DNA of 64,000 nucleotides from the human T2T-CHM13v2.0 reference genome, Homo sapiens. Below the pieces are notes generated by a model, which made no database searches, was not told where the DNA came from, and saw only the letters and a list, made by a program, of their open reading frames with translations. Below, piece by piece: positions 30,350 through 44,900 of this stretch. The position numbers and the translations under genes are program-made. Where the stretch lies: assembly GCF_009914755.1 (NCBI RefSeq), contig NC_060937.1; one strand, given 5' to 3'. Every line of letters starts with the position of its first letter. Positions within the stretch are counted from its first letter, which is position 1.

Positions 30350-30572
30350 CAACTGCCTGGCTCAAGCAATGCTCCCACCTCAGCCTCCTGAGTAGCTGGC
30401 AATACAGACACCCAAAATCACACCCAGCTAGTTTTTAATTTGTTGTTGTTGTTTTTGAGACAGGGTCTCACTATGTTGCCCAAGCTTGTCTCAAACTCCT
30501 GGACTCAAGCAATCCTCCTGCCTTGGCCTCCCAAGGTGCTGGGATTACAGGCATGGCCCATCATGTCTGGCC
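30350..30572 (-). mobile_element. AluJ-like fragment (3' part of right arm missing)
   Basis: gggtctcactatgttgccc...ctcctggactcaagcaatcctcctgcc...ctggcc. Confidence 0.85.
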
Positions 30573-33500
30573 TATAGATGGAGTTAGCAAGTGTGTCCCA
30601 TTCTAGAAAAGATATATGTAAAATCTAAAGGCAACTGGGCAATATAGGTACTTCTATATATTAACAAGAGTAGTTCAGAAATCCAATACCCAGAAAAAGA
30701 TCTTTGATTTTATTTTTAGGTTTTTTAATTAATAAATGTATCTATATAAATCTGTACACACACACATATATAGATAGATACACACAAATGTTAACTTAGC
30801 TGCTCAACTTCATTAGCCTTCACAGAAGTGTAACTTTTAAAGTGTAACTTTAAACAGCCATAAGATCTAGTAAATATGCTTTAGAATGCCTAGATGTAAA
30901 AGTAAGATAATATCAATGTCTGTGGGGACATGGACACCATCATGCCATACTTAAGCTCATCCAATCTGAAGACCAATCTGACCATACTTAGTGAACTTAA
31001 AAATCCTTTTTTCCCTATGAGAAACCAGGTGTTATTATAGTCTTATCTGTGGTAGCAGTGAGGTAGGGGCAACCCAGATATCCATCATCAAGGACATGGA
31101 TAGGAGCAATATGTTGGGTGCTTCTGGTGTGTGTAAAATACACACAAGTCCTGAAGTAAGCTACTGGCAGCATGAATAGATTTTGAAAACTGTGTAGAGT
31201 AAAATAAGTAAAAAATTTAATGCAAATTTTATCATTAATGTTAGAAATAATTGAATAATTAAATGCAATTTCTAACATTAATATGTATTAAAACACAGAT
31301 ATATATATATATATTCCACAGTATTAATATTTTCAAGGATATTTAACAATGCCTGAGAAACATATTAGAGTGGCCAACTATGGGAAATTTCCCTAATGGG
31401 AGAGGTGATGGGGAGGAAGCAAAAAGTAAAAAAATAAAATAAAAATAAATACGATGTCTTTGACAGACAGATTTTGAAAAGTATTTTTGAAATAAATTGC
31501 TTGATGAACTTAACACTGTATTAGTAATTAGCACATGATAGTTTCATTAAAATGTGCAGAAGATCTTTATATTAAGATTTAAAATGATTAATAATGAATG
31601 TGTTTTTACTCAACAGCATTACTTATTGTTGAACATAAAATCTAAATCAACCAATAAAAATTGAAGAAAGTAAATTAAATTCCACTTACTAGTCTTCTGT
31701 ATCTATTTAGGAAGAAACTCAGTCTCATATGTTTTAATTAATATGCACAGTACTTTGAGTGTAAGGATTTCAAATAAGCACAGAAAAATCCTAATAAAAG
31801 CATTTGCTTAAAAAGAAGCAATTCAATTTTTAACCTATCAATGTTAACTTTAGATTAAAGTATATCATGTGGTTTTATAAATAGGTTTTCTAATGGAAGG
31901 CTTATGTAATTAGATGTAAAACTCCTATTTATCAATCTAATGATCTGTTTGAACAGATACATTATTTAAAATCCCACTCTACATGCATAAAAAGGACCTA
32001 AAATGAGTACCGCATATTTAAAGAAAAACTTATTTTCTGTAGAGATAGATTTTTACTTTTATAATTTAATGGAAACAATATTAGAGTGGAAAACAAATTG
32101 CTTGGCAAGCGACAAATCTGACCTAACTACCTATGTGTCCTTAGGAAAATTTTCTGAGTTTCAGATTCCTCATCTTAACACTGAACATGTCTCCTAGCTT
32201 CCTAGCTTTTTCAGTGGCTGGATAAGAGTCTAAATCTTTGTATTGAAATCTTTCTAATTTTAATACAAGAATAACTTCCAAAAAAGGCTAAATGTGCTTT
32301 AGTTTTTTAATCTCTTAAAAAATAACATTTTTTTAATTTGAAAATAAAATTAAAATGTTTCCATTTAGTCAGCTATGCTTTAACATATATTAATATACAT
32401 AATATGCTTTTATTCATGTATTTGTTTACTGATCATGCAAGCATGCATATATCACTACTGACAACATTTGGTCTGTTCTGATTTCATTTACTCCTCTATA
32501 CACATTTATATATTTAATATATACATGTCAAACAAGGCCCTAACATTGACTCAACACCACTTATATCCTCAGCTTTATCTAAACTAGATAAGGACTGAAT
32601 TTTTTTTTTTTACCAAATCTTTGCCTTGATAACACCTCCATTTCTCTGTGAAATATAAATATGTCATCATATAGAGATGAAATTCTTTCTTGTTCCTGTA
32701 TTCTGACATTAGTGTCCCAATCATTATGCTCCCTAAGTCTTACCTCTGACTTCACTTTTGTTATTAAATTTATATTATCAATTTATATGTCAATCTTCTC
32801 CATTTAATTGGTTAATTCATATTTTAAAAATTAACAGCGCAAATGCAATCAGTGCATACAAAAAGCCATGTGTCATAAAGTCCAAGCTAATTTAATTAAT
32901 ATCCCATCTTGAAGGTTGATTTTCCAATATAGCATGCAACTATACAAAGGAGCATTATCGAATAAAGTTGACTAAACTCATAAAGTAAGTATTCTTAATT
33001 ATGCCACCTTTTAGAAATGATTTGTGTACCTTTTATGATTTTACAAAGTACTTAGAAAAGCACTGTGGAAGAAATATAAAATGATGTTAAAGTGCTTTAG
33101 TCACTACAATGTATTGTGAAAGTACACTCATTTGTCTTGGACATTTTCAATAAAATTGTATTTTCTTTGGTATCATAAAAATGCATCGTAAAAACATAAG
33201 TTTTCTGGCAATGCTGAGCCATCTGTTTTGTTCGGATCTCATCATTGTTTTGCTCTGTACAACAATAATTAAGTGTGTTGGCAGTAAGAGAAATAACAGT
33301 TGGATTTCTTTAGAAGATTAACAGTATGAACAGTACAGCTAAAAAAGAAATTTTCTCACAGTTTCCAAAAATATCCCACCTTTACAACTTCATAGCAGAG
33401 GAACCTGGTGAGCCGCCCACTCTCTCCTACCTACCACCAAATGGCTACAATATCTTCAGTGCAGGCAGCACTTTCCAGAGGGTTGTTTTTTTTCTTCTGG

Positions 33501-34036
33501 AAGAAGAATGTTTATTACTGTTACAATGCCTCTACCTTGCAACTGTCATTTTCCTCTCCTTTTCTCTAATTTCTATCTTTGCATTTAGTATCATAGTCTC
33601 CCTGTTTTTCTAATTCCTTTTAATACTGGCATCTGTTTTTAGGTATGTCAAATTTGACATATACCTTGCTTTGGAATCTCAAAGGACACATTCCTGTTCT
33701 TAGAAATTTGCTTCATTGCTTACAAAGAGGATGAATTATTTGCTGTCAATCTTAAACATTTAGATGATTACCCTTCTTTTGATTACAGAAACAGTAATAG
33801 TATACAGGAAATTATACTTACAAGCCCTAGGGATTGGGATTCTCCAATAATATAATATTGTATAAGAATTTTAATTTAATTATAAGTTGTTGAGATCGAC
33901 ACATTTTTTAATTTTTTCATTCATTACATCAGTGCCATTTTCAATTTTATCTCTTTAGGTCAAAAGTTGAGATGTATATACATTTGTAAATGTATTCAGT
34001 TTTAATCCAGAGTCAGGTTATATTAAAGACATCTCG

Positions 34037-34084
34037 GGCCGGGAGCGATGGCTCACGCCTGTAATCCCAGCACTTTGGGAGGCC
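34037..34084 (+). mobile_element. Alu 5' fragment (48 bp)
   Basis: ggccgggagcgatggctcacgcctgtaatcccagcactttgggaggcc, then abrupt change to unrelated sequence. Confidence 0.85.
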
Positions 34085-35390
34085 CTACTGCCTGATATGG
34101 GGCGTGAAGAGCACTTCCCTGGTAGGTGCTTGCTGTGCTATGATCCTCCTTAGCAGTGCTTCTTGGTCACCCTGGTTTCTCTGAATGCAGGTTGCATTTT
34201 TCAGACCCAAGAGAATTAATGGCCAATTGTTTTGGCAAGATCTCGCTTGCCAATGCCATCTGGTTACCCCCACTATCCTTCAGGGACGCAGTAGAAAAAC
34301 ATCAATAGTTTGTCTATGCACATTTTTTCTTTCTTTCTTGCTTTTCTTTTTTTCTTTTTCTACCAAGGCCTGCTGTGTCACACTTGCCTGTTGCCAGAGA
34401 GGCTCCCATTTGCTCCAAGGGATAAATTAAATGATCTGGGCTGCCTTTGTTGCTGGGTTGGTGATTATAGACAATGCGGAGCCAGAGTCTTCTCTTTTTG
34501 TTGCTTGGAGTGACAGAAGACACCCTGCTGAGTTGTTCTTCCAGCTCTAGGGTGACAAAACTGTGCAACTTCCTCACACTACTCTGAAGTTGTTCTTTGG
34601 TTGCCTGTTGCATTATTTCTAAGGTTTTAGTTGTACTTAGCCAAGAGAAGCAGAGAGAAAGTAGTATATTATATTTTAGCTGAACCAGAGTCCATATGGA
34701 ATTTTTTCTATCCTAATAAGTTCCTATAGGCTTTAATATGGCATTTTGAACACTTATTTTTAATATAAATATATTTAGTTAAGTGTATTTGATTAAGATA
34801 CAAAAATAAAATATAGAAATAACATATACATATGTAACCATATAAATAGTGTGGTAGACAAAGATAAAGATACAGTCTTACAGTATGTGAGCTCAGGAAA
34901 ATTTTGTTCTCAAAACCACAAAGAAAATGTTCAGAGAAGCTCCTTCTTTTACATATTTGGAAATGCCCATGCACCAGAAAATCATACTCTGTCTGTTCCA
35001 TTGTATTACATTAGAAGTTCCACACTGTGAGTAATGACAACCTCAAAACATGTTATCTTCTCTCATCCCACTTACCTCAACAACTGGAGCATGACATTTT
35101 TTAATAGCAAGAATATATTTTAATTTAGTTTAAATATCAGCACTGCATCTTTATTCTAGTAGCCTTCTGCTTGCATGAACCCATACAAAATAACTCATAT
35201 TACCTATTAAATATATTTATATTGTGCATTTTTTCCTTATAAGATTGGTGAAACATCACATACAGTGACTATGAATTATCTTAAGCATTTTTTTCTTTTA
35301 ACGGATTTAAGGAATATAAGGATACTTCCAGTTTAAGGTAGAACACCGAAACACAGATTTAGTTGCTATATCTCTGAGATCCCTCTAAAT

Positions 35391-35860
35391 CAGGGGTTCA
35401 TAACTAGAGTACATGAACTTGAATGGATACAATCTTGTATTTTATATATCTATTTACAGTAACTTTTGAGTGAAAATTATCTTTCCTTCAAGATGTGGAA
35501 GCAACGAGCTCCAGTAATGTTAGCAATATTTATAGCTTCTATTATCATTAAAAATCATAGGCAGTTTCATGTCATAATTTAGACAAGTAGGAATGCAGAT
35601 AAGTAGGAATTTTGATTATATTGATCAATACTTTGAAATTATGATAGATATTAGGTATGAACTTAACATTTTTACTTAAGGCATGAGTGGAGATATATTT
35701 GTTGTTATATCAAAAATAGTTTAAAAATATGTTTATAACTTCTTTTCAATGCAACTGCTTTCTGTTGCATTTCTATATAATTTATTTCATGAATTAAGAA
35801 CATTATTTTGAAAAGCCCATAGACTTTACTACCTTGCCATAAAGAGTCATGGGGCAAATG
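35391..35860 (+). mobile_element. hAT-Charlie relic (Charlie4a-like)
   Basis: Starts caggggttcataact...catgaacttg; diverged similarity to the recalled consensus. Confidence 0.5.
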
Positions 35861-35911
35861 CATGTGGAATATGTACTCCAAAATGATACTTAAAATATTT
35901 TTTCAACAGTA

Positions 35912-36251
<340 letters not shown>

Positions 36252-36795
36252 TCAACAAAAGTGGAAGAAAAAAAGATCGAGAATACAATATTGGTAGCTG
36301 GAAAGCTGGTGGACAAGTGGTAACTTAGAAGAGGCAAGATAACTGAATGCTAAACCAGCACAGTGAAATACTAAGAAAGAACTCAATTTAATGAGTTTTC
36401 TCAAAGACTCAGGAACTTGCAATGTTAGCTGCCTCTGAAAGTGGGGTAGTGAATGTGAAACTAAAACAAGGCACTTGTTAAACCATCTAAGAAAAGATTG
36501 AGCAACCCTATCTTTTCTGCCACTCTGCGGAACTAGTGACTGTCCATAGCAAACCTGGCAGAAGCCTACAGCTGTATTTTCTGAAAAATGCAAAAGAAAG
36601 GGATACTGGAATAATGCAATAAAGGCCTAAATTTAAGGCAGGCAGGAGTGAGACATTATCATACAGTAAATGAGAGAAGTAGATGAAAGTTTATATCCAG
36701 CAATCTTCACACTGCTCCAACAAGCAGGGATTCTGGATTTGAATTCACAAACAAACCCATAGGATTAAATAAGCAATGCCAAAACACTTACTTAG

Positions 36796-37250
36796 TGTTG
36801 AAAAAGTATACAATATAGGTAGCAACACAGCATGCTCTGTAACAGCATGGTACAATCCTTATGCCTCCCTGACATGTCTTCCGAATGTCTCCATCACACT
36901 GCACTAGAACGCACAGGAGAGAAGGCAGAGTGTGCCTTCCTTTGGATTGAAGCCATCAGCCTTAAGAGTTCCTTCAGGTTTTAGAGCTTGCTACTCGTAT
37001 GCTCCCTGAAAGATACATAACAAGCTCCCATTCCTAGGTGGAGCTGCATATCTTACTCATCAATTATAGACTCTTTATTAGTTACATGTTCCTTAATAAA
37101 TACTATCTTTAAGCAGGCAAAACTCCTTAGATTGGTACTTAACTTTAACACAATCCTCATTTATCTTGGATTTAGAATAAAGTACTTAGTCCTTGAATTA
37201 ATATTGCATTGGGGTTCAACTAAGGGCTAAATTCTCAGGAATTCCTAATG
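36796..37250 (+). mobile_element. Possible ERV1 solo LTR (unassigned)
   Basis: Begins TGTTG, contains AATAAA, flanked by a 4-bp TTAG direct repeat; 3' terminus imperfect. Confidence 0.35.
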
Positions 37251-38199
37251 TTAGGGGAAGACTAGACCAGCTACCAAAAGTTTCATTCCATATACTAAGT
37301 ATTGAAACCTCTAGCCTTCAACTAAGGGACTTTTGGAAGACAGATCTACACTTTTCATGCAAAGGCTGGAAGAGTCTTCTGGAGATATCTTAAGAACACA
37401 AGGAAAAAGACTTAAAAGTACCAGCATTCTGGATTTCAAAGCATCACAGCTATATCAACCTCTAGAGAAGACAAGCTCTATTTATATGTACAAGGCTTCC
37501 AACTAACTTTTGAGTGATCAAATATAAGAAAAAGTAGAGATTTAATAGACATTTCAGATAAAGCTTCTCATGTGAAAGCTGGAAGCCAAATCACATAGAT
37601 AAAAATAAAAGCATACAAAATTTTAAAAGTTCAAAAAATATATTAATATTTGCACTGAGTAAACAAAGATAGTGCAGTGAAAAACAATAATAGGATGCAA
37701 TAACAATAAAAGACTGTCTTGAAAATGTGGTGTTCTTGAAAATGAAAAATATGATAGATGTGCGTTTGGGTCCTTAATCCTATTTCACTCTAAGTGAAGT
37801 ATTTTACAGTGTTACGCTATTTTACTCGGTTTGACCATTTTACTAATAGATAACTTTCTGTGATTTATAAGTATGACTGAGTAATTTTAGAACATTATTT
37901 CTTATATTGTGGTGAAGACTGCATATTTGTGATTTCCATACCTTTGTTTCTGCTCTCTAATCTAGCTCTTCAGAACAACAAAATAATAACAACAAAAGTC
38001 TTCAGGAGAGATCTTCAAATGCTCCGTTACCCTAAATGGTCTCTTCCAAAATATACATCTGTAGTTCCATCAACTAATGTTATTTTAAGAGAACTCTTAA
38101 GCTAGTTTTTGCTTTGTTTATGTATACATTTGTTTTTTTCATTTTTTTCATAATCTGATTTGTTTAGTACAGAGCACCATTGACAAAGATAGTTTTACC

Positions 38200-38397
38200 T
38201 TGAGGTGAACAAACTTTTTCATTACAGGATTATATTGTAAACATTTTAGCTTTTTGCCAGTCATATGCAGTTTCTGTAATATATTCTTTGTTTGTATTCT
38301 GTATAATCTTTTAAAATGTTTTATATGGCTTAAAGGCTGTATAAAAACAGGCTGCAAACCAGATTTGGCCCTCCAGCCTTTAGCTTGCCAACCCCTG
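38200..38397. mobile_element. MER58-type hAT MITE
   Basis: caaactttttc...ccagatttggccc...ttgccaacccctg. Confidence 0.65.
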
Positions 38398-38650
38398 GTC
38401 TCTACCAAAGGAGGCTTTCTTGATTGAGAAAGTTAATCAAAGTAATATAATTTTTAAATTATCTGTGCATTTTGAATGGGGACATTACAATATTTGAATC
38501 ATATTGACTTTAGAGATAACCAAAATTTTAATATGTTTTTCAGTTTAACTGCTGTGTATGTTTTGACCTGTCTTTAACCTACTGACCTGTCAAAATGTGG
38601 GTAGCTAAAATTCTTCATTTAATTTGCACTTTGTATTTTTTAGTTGAGAC

Positions 38651-38850
38651 CAGGTATTGGCAAACTTTGTTATTATTATTATTACTATTATTATTTTTAA
38701 ACAGACAGATGGTAAGTGGTTTATTCCTGTCGGCATAAAGATTTCTGTTACAGACATTAAATACTATCTTCACAGTCAAAACCAGCCATGGATGGTATAT
38801 AAATGAATAAATGTGACTATGTTGCAATAAAACTTTATTTATTTAAAAAA
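38651..38850 (+). mobile_element. MER58A-type hAT MITE relic
   Basis: caggtattggcaaactt...taaatgaataaatgtgactatgttgcaataaaactttatt. Confidence 0.6.
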
Positions 38851-39879
38851 TGGCTTTTCACTGTTTTTATAGTTTTAAAAGACAATTCTGTTTGGTGATT
38901 TTGTCGTTAGGGAATTAAGTATTTCCCCTGGGATTGAGTAACCTGAAAAGCAAATAAAGATATTTTCTGTCAAGATGAAAATGGTAGGAGAGGCAGAAGG
39001 TACTTCCTAAAATTTGATGAAATTTAAAAAAAAATCACTCTTAAACCTGAATTCAAATAGACATGTAAACTAAATTATTGCCATGAGATTTTTCAAATTA
39101 TATCTGAGATTTTGAAGCCTCTAGGGTGTTAGGAGATGAAACCAAGGAACACTAAATGGGGAGAACTTCATTCTCTTCAACTGGAAGAGCTCTGATTTCT
39201 GCCTCTCTCAAATATTTTACTGTATTTAGCACTTTATTTGGAAAAATTAAAGACTTCCTGCAAAATTATGTGTTTAAACCATTTCTCTGGCCATATTACT
39301 CTAAAATGGTTTCAGATGTGTCATCATGTCAACTACCTTGATGAAACCAATATTCTGTATAAGTATTACAGCTCCTTGATAGACCTTAAAAATATATAAA
39401 TATATATTCCAACAAATAGCAATTAAGTTTTAGTAAAGTTTTTTAGCTAGCATTTTAAAATAATACATATTCTATTATACTATTTATAATATACCATAAT
39501 ATCTCTACTCACTTTATTCCCATTTGACTCCATATAAGTGACTACCTTAGCTAATTGTAATAATAAATCCAGGTTATTACTTAGAGTAGAATAGAATTCT
39601 GGCACCTCTTCTCTCTTGGTTTCTCTATTGTCCCTGTCTTCTAGCTGGTAGTAACATGAAGTTTAATTAGTTGAAGAAGTTAATTAACCCAGCACAAGTC
39701 CTTATCAATATTATCTCTTGATAATAATTATTTTGCCTGTAAATTATTATCTAATAAGGGAGGAGAATTTTTTAAAAATCAAATATGCTTTGTTTTATAA
39801 TTACATAATTATTAAAATTAATTATATATATTGGATCAACTTTAGTACATTTTGTTAATATATTATCTAAAAACTCCAG

Positions 39880-40065
39880 AATTACACTTAGATAGTAACC
39901 AATATTCAATTGTGGCTGTTTAAATTTAATTATTTAAAATTAAATCAAATTAAGAGTTGATTTTTGTTGTGGTTGCACTAGCCACATTTCAAGTGTCCAA
40001 TTATTTTGAGACTATTAAGATGTAGAAAATTTTTATTATTACAAAAAATTCTGTTGGAGAGTGGG
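39880..40065. mobile_element. MER3/MER33 hAT MITE relic
   Basis: tgtggctgtttaaatttaatt...gttgcactagccacatttcaagtg. Confidence 0.6.
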
Positions 40066-40457
40066 GATCTAATATTTAGAGTGAAATAACCACACATTAA
40101 CCACAATATGTTGTTTTAAAATTACGTTGGACTGGGCTTTGGAAAATAAAAATTTCAATCTCAATGTAATTTATTAGAGTACATCATGTTTTATTCAATT
40201 TCTCCCAGTATATCCTCACTTCATTTACAAAAATGAAAACTGATTGTTAGATGATCTTTAGTGACACTTTGAGCTATAATACATATTCTAGAGAACAAGT
40301 GAGTTTTCTAGAAAAAAATAATATAATTAAAATAAACATTAATTTTAAGTGAAATACATATGTATGTTGCTTGGATATGTTTGAATGTTTGAATACATTT
40401 TCTGTATTTAGAAACACTTTTATCTCTTATGAAGTGCAAGACAGTGAGAAAAATAAA

Positions 40458-40618
40458 CAATAGTTCTCAAACTCCACATATATGAAAATCACCTGAATGG
40501 CTTGTTAACATACACATTGCAGGGCCTCACCCCAGAGTTTTTGATACTGGACTATTGAGCTAGATCCCCGAATATGCTTTTCTAAGAGATTCTCACAATA
40601 ACACTTTGAGAACCACTG
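40458..40618. mobile_element. MER5A-type hAT MITE
   Basis: caatagttctcaaact...aatcacctg...cactttgagaaccactg inverted termini. Confidence 0.75.
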
Positions 40619-41109
40619 GTATAAAAATAAGTTAGGCTCTTGCAAAAGAAAGACACAAACATAAAACCAAAATCATTAATTTAAAAAATCTAAATAACAC
40701 TGATCATATAATGTAAAAGTTATAGTTATATTTATACTTATGCATATAAAGGACATAATGCTAAGTCATGAAGGAAGTATAAAATATACAATAGGAATTC
40801 AGACAATGGAAGATCATTTCTAAGTAAAGAAATAAGGAAAATCATATTTCATGGTGTAGGCATTGTTTGATCAAGAATTTGATAGAGTAACAATGTTTCA
40901 CCTAATAAGGATGGAGGTAATGGCAGTATTCAAAAACAAAAGTGACCAAAATTTGGGAATATGAGTACAGGGTATACAAAAAGGATTTTCTAGAAATTTG
41001 AAGACAGATGCTTGAGGCAATAACTGAAAAAATAAGAATAGCTTTTTCCCCAGTCTTCCAAGACCAGGCAAAATTTTCACACAAAGATAAAGGGTATTGA
41101 AGCAAAAAT

Positions 41110-41974
41110 TGCTTCAAACTTAAATGGGCAAATTAGACTTTATTCAGGCTACAGCAGTAGAGAAGACAGATTGGACTTAATACTGTTGAAATGAAGTTTT
41201 GGGGGAGTGGGAGGTAAAGCACTAGGGTGAACTTGTGGGAAAGTACTAGAGAATTTAGAGAGGTTAATCAATGGGATAGGTGAAGTACACTGAGTTATTG
41301 CTCATTTTGAAAATGGTTTTCTCTGCAATTTGGCCATCTGTGTTTACTAAGTGGTGTCCACCGGGACTGGGAGATAAGGATGCTGATATGGTTTGGCTGT
41401 GTCCCTATCCAAATCTTATCTTGAAATGTAGCTCCCACAATTCCAATGTGTTGTGGAAGGGACCCGGTGGGAAGTAATTGAATCATGGAGGCAGGTCTTT
41501 CCCATGCTGTTCTCATGATAGTGAATAAGTCTCATGAGATCTGATGGTTTTATAAAGGGGAGTTTCCCTGAGCAAGCTCTCATCTCATCTGCTGCCATGT
41601 GAGACATACATTTCAACTTGACTAAGGCATCCCCAGCCACATGAAACAGTGAGTCCATTAAACCTCTTTCTTTTGTAAATTTCTCAGTCTTTATCAGCAA
41701 CTTGAAAAAAGACTAATACAGATGTTTTTCCTTAGATGTTCACATTTCAAAGAAATGGTTTCCATGTACTTGAAAAAAGCATTTTTTGGATTATCAAAGT
41801 AGCAAGAGGCTGAAAGAAAACTTACATGCATTTGAAAAAGGCAGATAAAGAATTTACTCTTGCAAGTTTACTAAAGTAAATCTTCTAATGAAAAGATGGA
41901 TGGACTCCATAGTTAGGAAAAGGTCAGTATAAAGAGCAGGCCAGCTAAGGGAAACATTGAGGCCATCTTGGTCA
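41110..41974 (-). mobile_element. MER67/MER31-group ERV1 LTR, interrupted by THE1B
   Basis: Minus strand starts TGACCAAGATGGCC and includes TTTACTTTAGTAAACTTGCAAG; similar to 54140-54498; left boundary approximate. Confidence 0.6.
41384..41720 (+). mobile_element. THE1B-like MaLR solo LTR
   Basis: tgatatggtttggctgtgtcc...gactaataca; TSD GATGC/GATGT. Confidence 0.9.
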
Positions 41975-44900
41975 GTGAAAAACCAACATTTTGTAATCAT
42001 CTAAATCTTCTCAAGAGTATGGGCTGGAGAAGACTGGATTGAAATTGTCTTTAATTTCAATCCAATTTCAAAGTCTTAGTAGTTTCTTTGTAAAAAGTCA
42101 CACAAAGAGACATCATATGAAATCAAACAGAAATGAATAAACTGTACTAAAATGTGAGGCAAAGAGTCACTGGGCATCATCTTATCTAATTTTTCATTCT
42201 TCAAATGGTAAAACTAAGTTTTTAAGGTTAAGTTTTTTACTCAAAGTCACAATTATAGTAATAGCCAAGTAAGAATCAGAATATAAGTCATTTACAGTTA
42301 CCAAGAAGAGGCAAAGGAGCCAACAAAGGTGAGTTTGTATTTGCAGTTACCCAATCATTATTTTTACATGACAGAGGAAAAAGTGAGAGAGAAAATGAAG
42401 AAAACAAGTAATCCCTTGCATCCAGTGATTCAAATAAGAGTAGAGAAAAAGTGAGAGAGAATTAGATCTCAGTAAACATATTTCAGAGCATTTCAGTACA
42501 AAATTCATAGCACAGTCCACTCTTTATCATCAACTCACATACTGAGTCAAAGGCTTACATTTTATTGTTTTCACTTGACCCTCAGAGCAAAACATAGCAG
42601 GATCTCCCAATTCTTCTCCTGGATATCAAATTCTGAGGCTATTAATTTTCTGATTAGATATTTTGTTTTTAATTGGCAGAACACAATATTCTTAGTGTTA
42701 CTCCTCTGGGTTTTCTTTCAAATCTACATGGAAATCATAAGTCATAAAACTGCGTTTTAACCAGTGGTGTTAATTGATAAGTACTGTGAATAATCAAGTA
42801 TTAGACTGTAGGAATCAGTAGCAAAGACTAAAAAATAACTGAGAAAGACTGCTCTTTAACATGCTCCAGATGATTCCTCCTGCCTATCAGGGTTCTTTCT
42901 TGTTTGGACTGAAAGTTGGGCAGTTTGTTTTAATCCACGTCCCTAAAAGTAAGACACAAAAAAGGCTGGCAAAACATCATCTGATCAAAGGCAATGTTGG
43001 GCTTAGTGTCAACAGCACACTGATGGACTAGAGCTTCCAATCGTTTCTCTGCTTACTGAAAAACAAAAATGAAACTGATTGATCTTTTCTTAGTCTTTAA
43101 AGCCTTATGAAGGCTTTTAATAATAGGACATGTCCAAAAGAGATGTCTTGCACAGCAGGTGAGTGCCTTAAACACTGGGATACAGGCTTTTATGACAACA
43201 AAATTCTTTATTTTTATTTTAGTTTAAGATACAAGGATTTTCACCTTTGAATACAATATAGTATGTGTGTTTGTGTGTGTAGTACTAGCTAAAGATGATT
43301 TAAAGAATGTTATCATATCAACTGGGACACTTTAATCTGTAGCACTGAGACTTTTTAATCTGGAGCACAAATTAACATGCTTCAGCTTATCTATCATAAT
43401 ACATAATGCCTGAAAAAAAATTGACAATGAAACATAGGTTTTAAATTTAGGAAATTCAGGAAAATCTCTTTGCTGAGCAAAAACAATTACTTAAAAACTC
43501 AGCATATCTCAAGCTTCTTAATACAACCTAATAATTATTAATAATATTCTGAAATACATGCCAGTAAAAGATTTTAACTTTTGGAAATGTTTGAAATATT
43601 ACATGTTTCTCCCAGACACATAGTTTGTATGAATTAGCCTTCCTCAGTCTCCCAACACCACTGCCTCTTCTAAGAGTGGTATGTCTATCTGTACATCTAT
43701 CTGTGCAAAAATACATATATACATACACATGTACATACAGATGGAGAGTGAGAACATGTTGTGAGAGAGAATTGTCTGAAAAATATTACATTTATTGTTC
43801 TCTATTTGAGAATGGAATATGAAGGTATCAAAAGATTTGCCTCATTAGTAATGATCATATACATGGTTAACTCAATATAAAATATGAACTGTTTTCTATC
43901 AATTCTTAGTTTAATTGAAGAGTTTCAAATAAAATCTCTTTTGTTATACCTATATCTACTTGCAAAGTTCCCATAGAAATCAAAAGCAGATTATAATACT
44001 TCAGGAGCTGGTTAAATTTCTATTATTCAGGCTCATTATAAACATTGTCATCAGCATGAAGATAGGCTGTTTCCTTTTCTCTTTTTGTTACATTTTCTAG
44101 GCTTCAAAAAAATGTCATTTCCATGAAAATTACCCTACTGCAACATTCATTAAACCCTTTTTACTCGGAACCTAGCTGTTTCTCAATCCTCTCAGTTATC
44201 TGTGAGAAATCTTGGAAGGGTCAAAACGGCAGAACAATGTTATTCTGTTTTAATATAAAATATGAAAAGGCAAGATATTGTTCAAAGTTGTATTTTTGTG
44301 TTGAGAATGTTACAGAGGCACACTACTGAAATAGAATATATTTGAATGTGTTAAATAGAATAATTAATGTGACCATTGGTACAAATTAATTTGTATTACA
44401 AATTCCATACAACAATTTTATTGATCTCCTCTGCAGCTGTACTTCCAACATAGAACCTATTTATATCTCATCAGCGAACACTCTAGCAAGTAATCATTGT
44501 CACATTCGTTGTAATCTCTGCCTTTCTAATGCCAGAAAAAAATTGTGTGGATTACACACAATTACAACAATGAAAATAAAACCATAACACTTTACACAGA
44601 AAATACTCAAGTAATATTTTACCACTATATAATTTTCTTATCTAGATCAACTTTTCCCAGTCATTTTTTACCTGTAAACACTTTTTACAAAAATGTATAA
44701 TTTCATAAGTTGCCTGGGTATATTTAATCATTTTTATATTAATAAAACAAAGAAAACCTTTAAAAACATAAAAAGAACATTAGCAGCATATTATTACATA
44801 TGTTGTTATAAAATTTATTTGAATATTATACTTGGCTATATTCATTACACATGAAGTCCCCGTTTGTTTTAACCCATTTGCAAGTGATATACACTGTGAT

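Noticed and set aside
28000-31500. Possible highly degraded L1ME fragments
   Set aside because: A-rich and L1-like, but boundaries cannot be supported.
42298-43165. Consensus donors AAG|GTGAGT and CAG|GTGAGT
   Set aside because: Expected by chance in 64 kb; no coherent gene model.
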